A stretch of 64,000 nucleotides of DNA from Podarcis gaigeae (taxonomy: Eukaryota), in the NCBI GenBank assembly GCA_964106915.2, contig OZ066919.1. One strand, written 5' to 3'. The stretch's first letter is position 1; each line of letters begins with the position of its first letter. The position numbers and the translations under genes are program-made. Below the pieces are notes generated by a model. The model worked only from the letters and a program-made list of their open reading frames with translations, was not told the DNA's origin and made no database searches. Positions 63,009 to 64,000 of this stretch are shown here, piece by piece.

Positions 63009-64000
63009 GTGTTGTGTTTTCTTGTGATGCTCTCAGCTGTTCAGGTGAGTTTTGGAACCTGGTGCAGGATTCTCTTTTGGACCTTTGTAAGCCAGAATAC
63101 TATACATAGAATATTTTGTAATCGGAATTGCTTGCCTACAGTCTAGGAAATTCCTGGGAATGTTGACGAGTAGTTTGTGCCTGCACTGTTTGACACTGTT
63201 TGCTTGTATGGGAATCTTGCCCGCCACAATTCTCTTGATAAAATTTGGTTTTGTGAATAGGTCTTTAGACTGAAGAAACCAAGAGGAGGACAGAAGCATC
63301 TCCAGGGGAAGGGAATTCATCCCCCAGCACTGGCACCATGTGTATTGGATTCCAATATCTGACCGGTTGTACAATACTATTTATAGATTTGAGTTTTAAT
63401 GGGCAGCTTAATGAGACCTTCATGAGCTTTTTAAAAGACTTTAAACATTTTGGTGGAAATAACATTTGCAGCTATTTAAGGGTTCTCAAAACAGCCCAGT
63501 TTCACCTCTTACCTTGTAACTGCAGTTTATGGCAAATTTTGTTGCTCTTTACTCTTACTTATATAACCACATTTTATTCTGTTGGTCCCTGTACTCTGCA
63601 TTGATTTAATATTGTCAGAACCTCTCAGACTGAAATGGATAGAACCACCATAGGGGAGGGCTGTGAGACCCCCACAGACTGCAGTATGTGTTCTAAACAA
63701 GAGCAGGAAATTCCTTTCTGTATAACCATAGTTATAAATGACACACTCTCTCCCCTTGGTCCCCACCAAATCAGAGAACTCAGTTGTATACCCCTTTCCC
63801 CATCAGTGGGCTCCACATGCCACACAACCCACCCCAATCTGTTCTGGGCCCCAAGAACAAAGACCAGCAGTGAACCTGAGCAGAAGCAATCATTGAAAGG
63901 TGGAATAATGGTAGCATCCATTCCCAGAGCTCTGCTTATGAGGATGAGATCCTGACTTAGGTGCTTCCAGGATGACTCCACTGCTGCAATAAGAAGAGTG

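Larger units (their letters stand above)
42812..64000 (+). other. ST6GALNAC5: ST6GALNAC5 intron 2 (continues beyond window)
   Basis: Donor at 42812. No sialylmotif-L exon (PLKMHC..CALVTSSG) was recognised in the remaining 21 kb, and this intron is very long in mammals. Confidence 0.75.

Noticed and set aside
1-64000. CRISPR array or prokaryotic system
   Set aside because: The DNA is eukaryotic and intron/TE-rich, with no regularly spaced repeat-spacer structure.

Overview
Vertebrate genomic DNA from a squamate reptile. A lacertid lizard is inferred from the Sauria SINEs and the squamate-type MITE/CR1/L2 content. The only host gene supported is the 5' end of the sialyltransferase ST6GALNAC5 on the + strand: a CpG-island promoter, a 15-nt coding exon 1 (MKTLM, 41237-41251) and a 291-nt exon 2 (42521-42811). 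A long intron 2 then runs off the window. Positions 1-41 kb are intergenic, and there is a 225-N assembly gap at 25700-25924. The rest is transposon debris (Sauria SINEs, tRNA-derived SINEs, CR1/L2 3' ends, hAT and Tc1/mariner-type MITEs) plus microsatellites. Two observations stand out. (1) A ~3.1-kb composite insertion (20994-24123) has a young, 5'-clipped Sauria SINE fused directly to a decayed Ngaro/DIRS tyrosine-recombinase retrotransposon and two tRNA-Ile SINE pieces. All parts are co-oriented and bracketed by one 13-bp target-site duplication, so the SINE/LINE machinery apparently mobilised foreign cargo. (2) A 96-bp Penelope-like insert (6190-6285) with a perfect 15-bp TSD carries a minimal type-I hammerhead ribozyme motif. 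Almost all ORFs in the supplied track are spurious.
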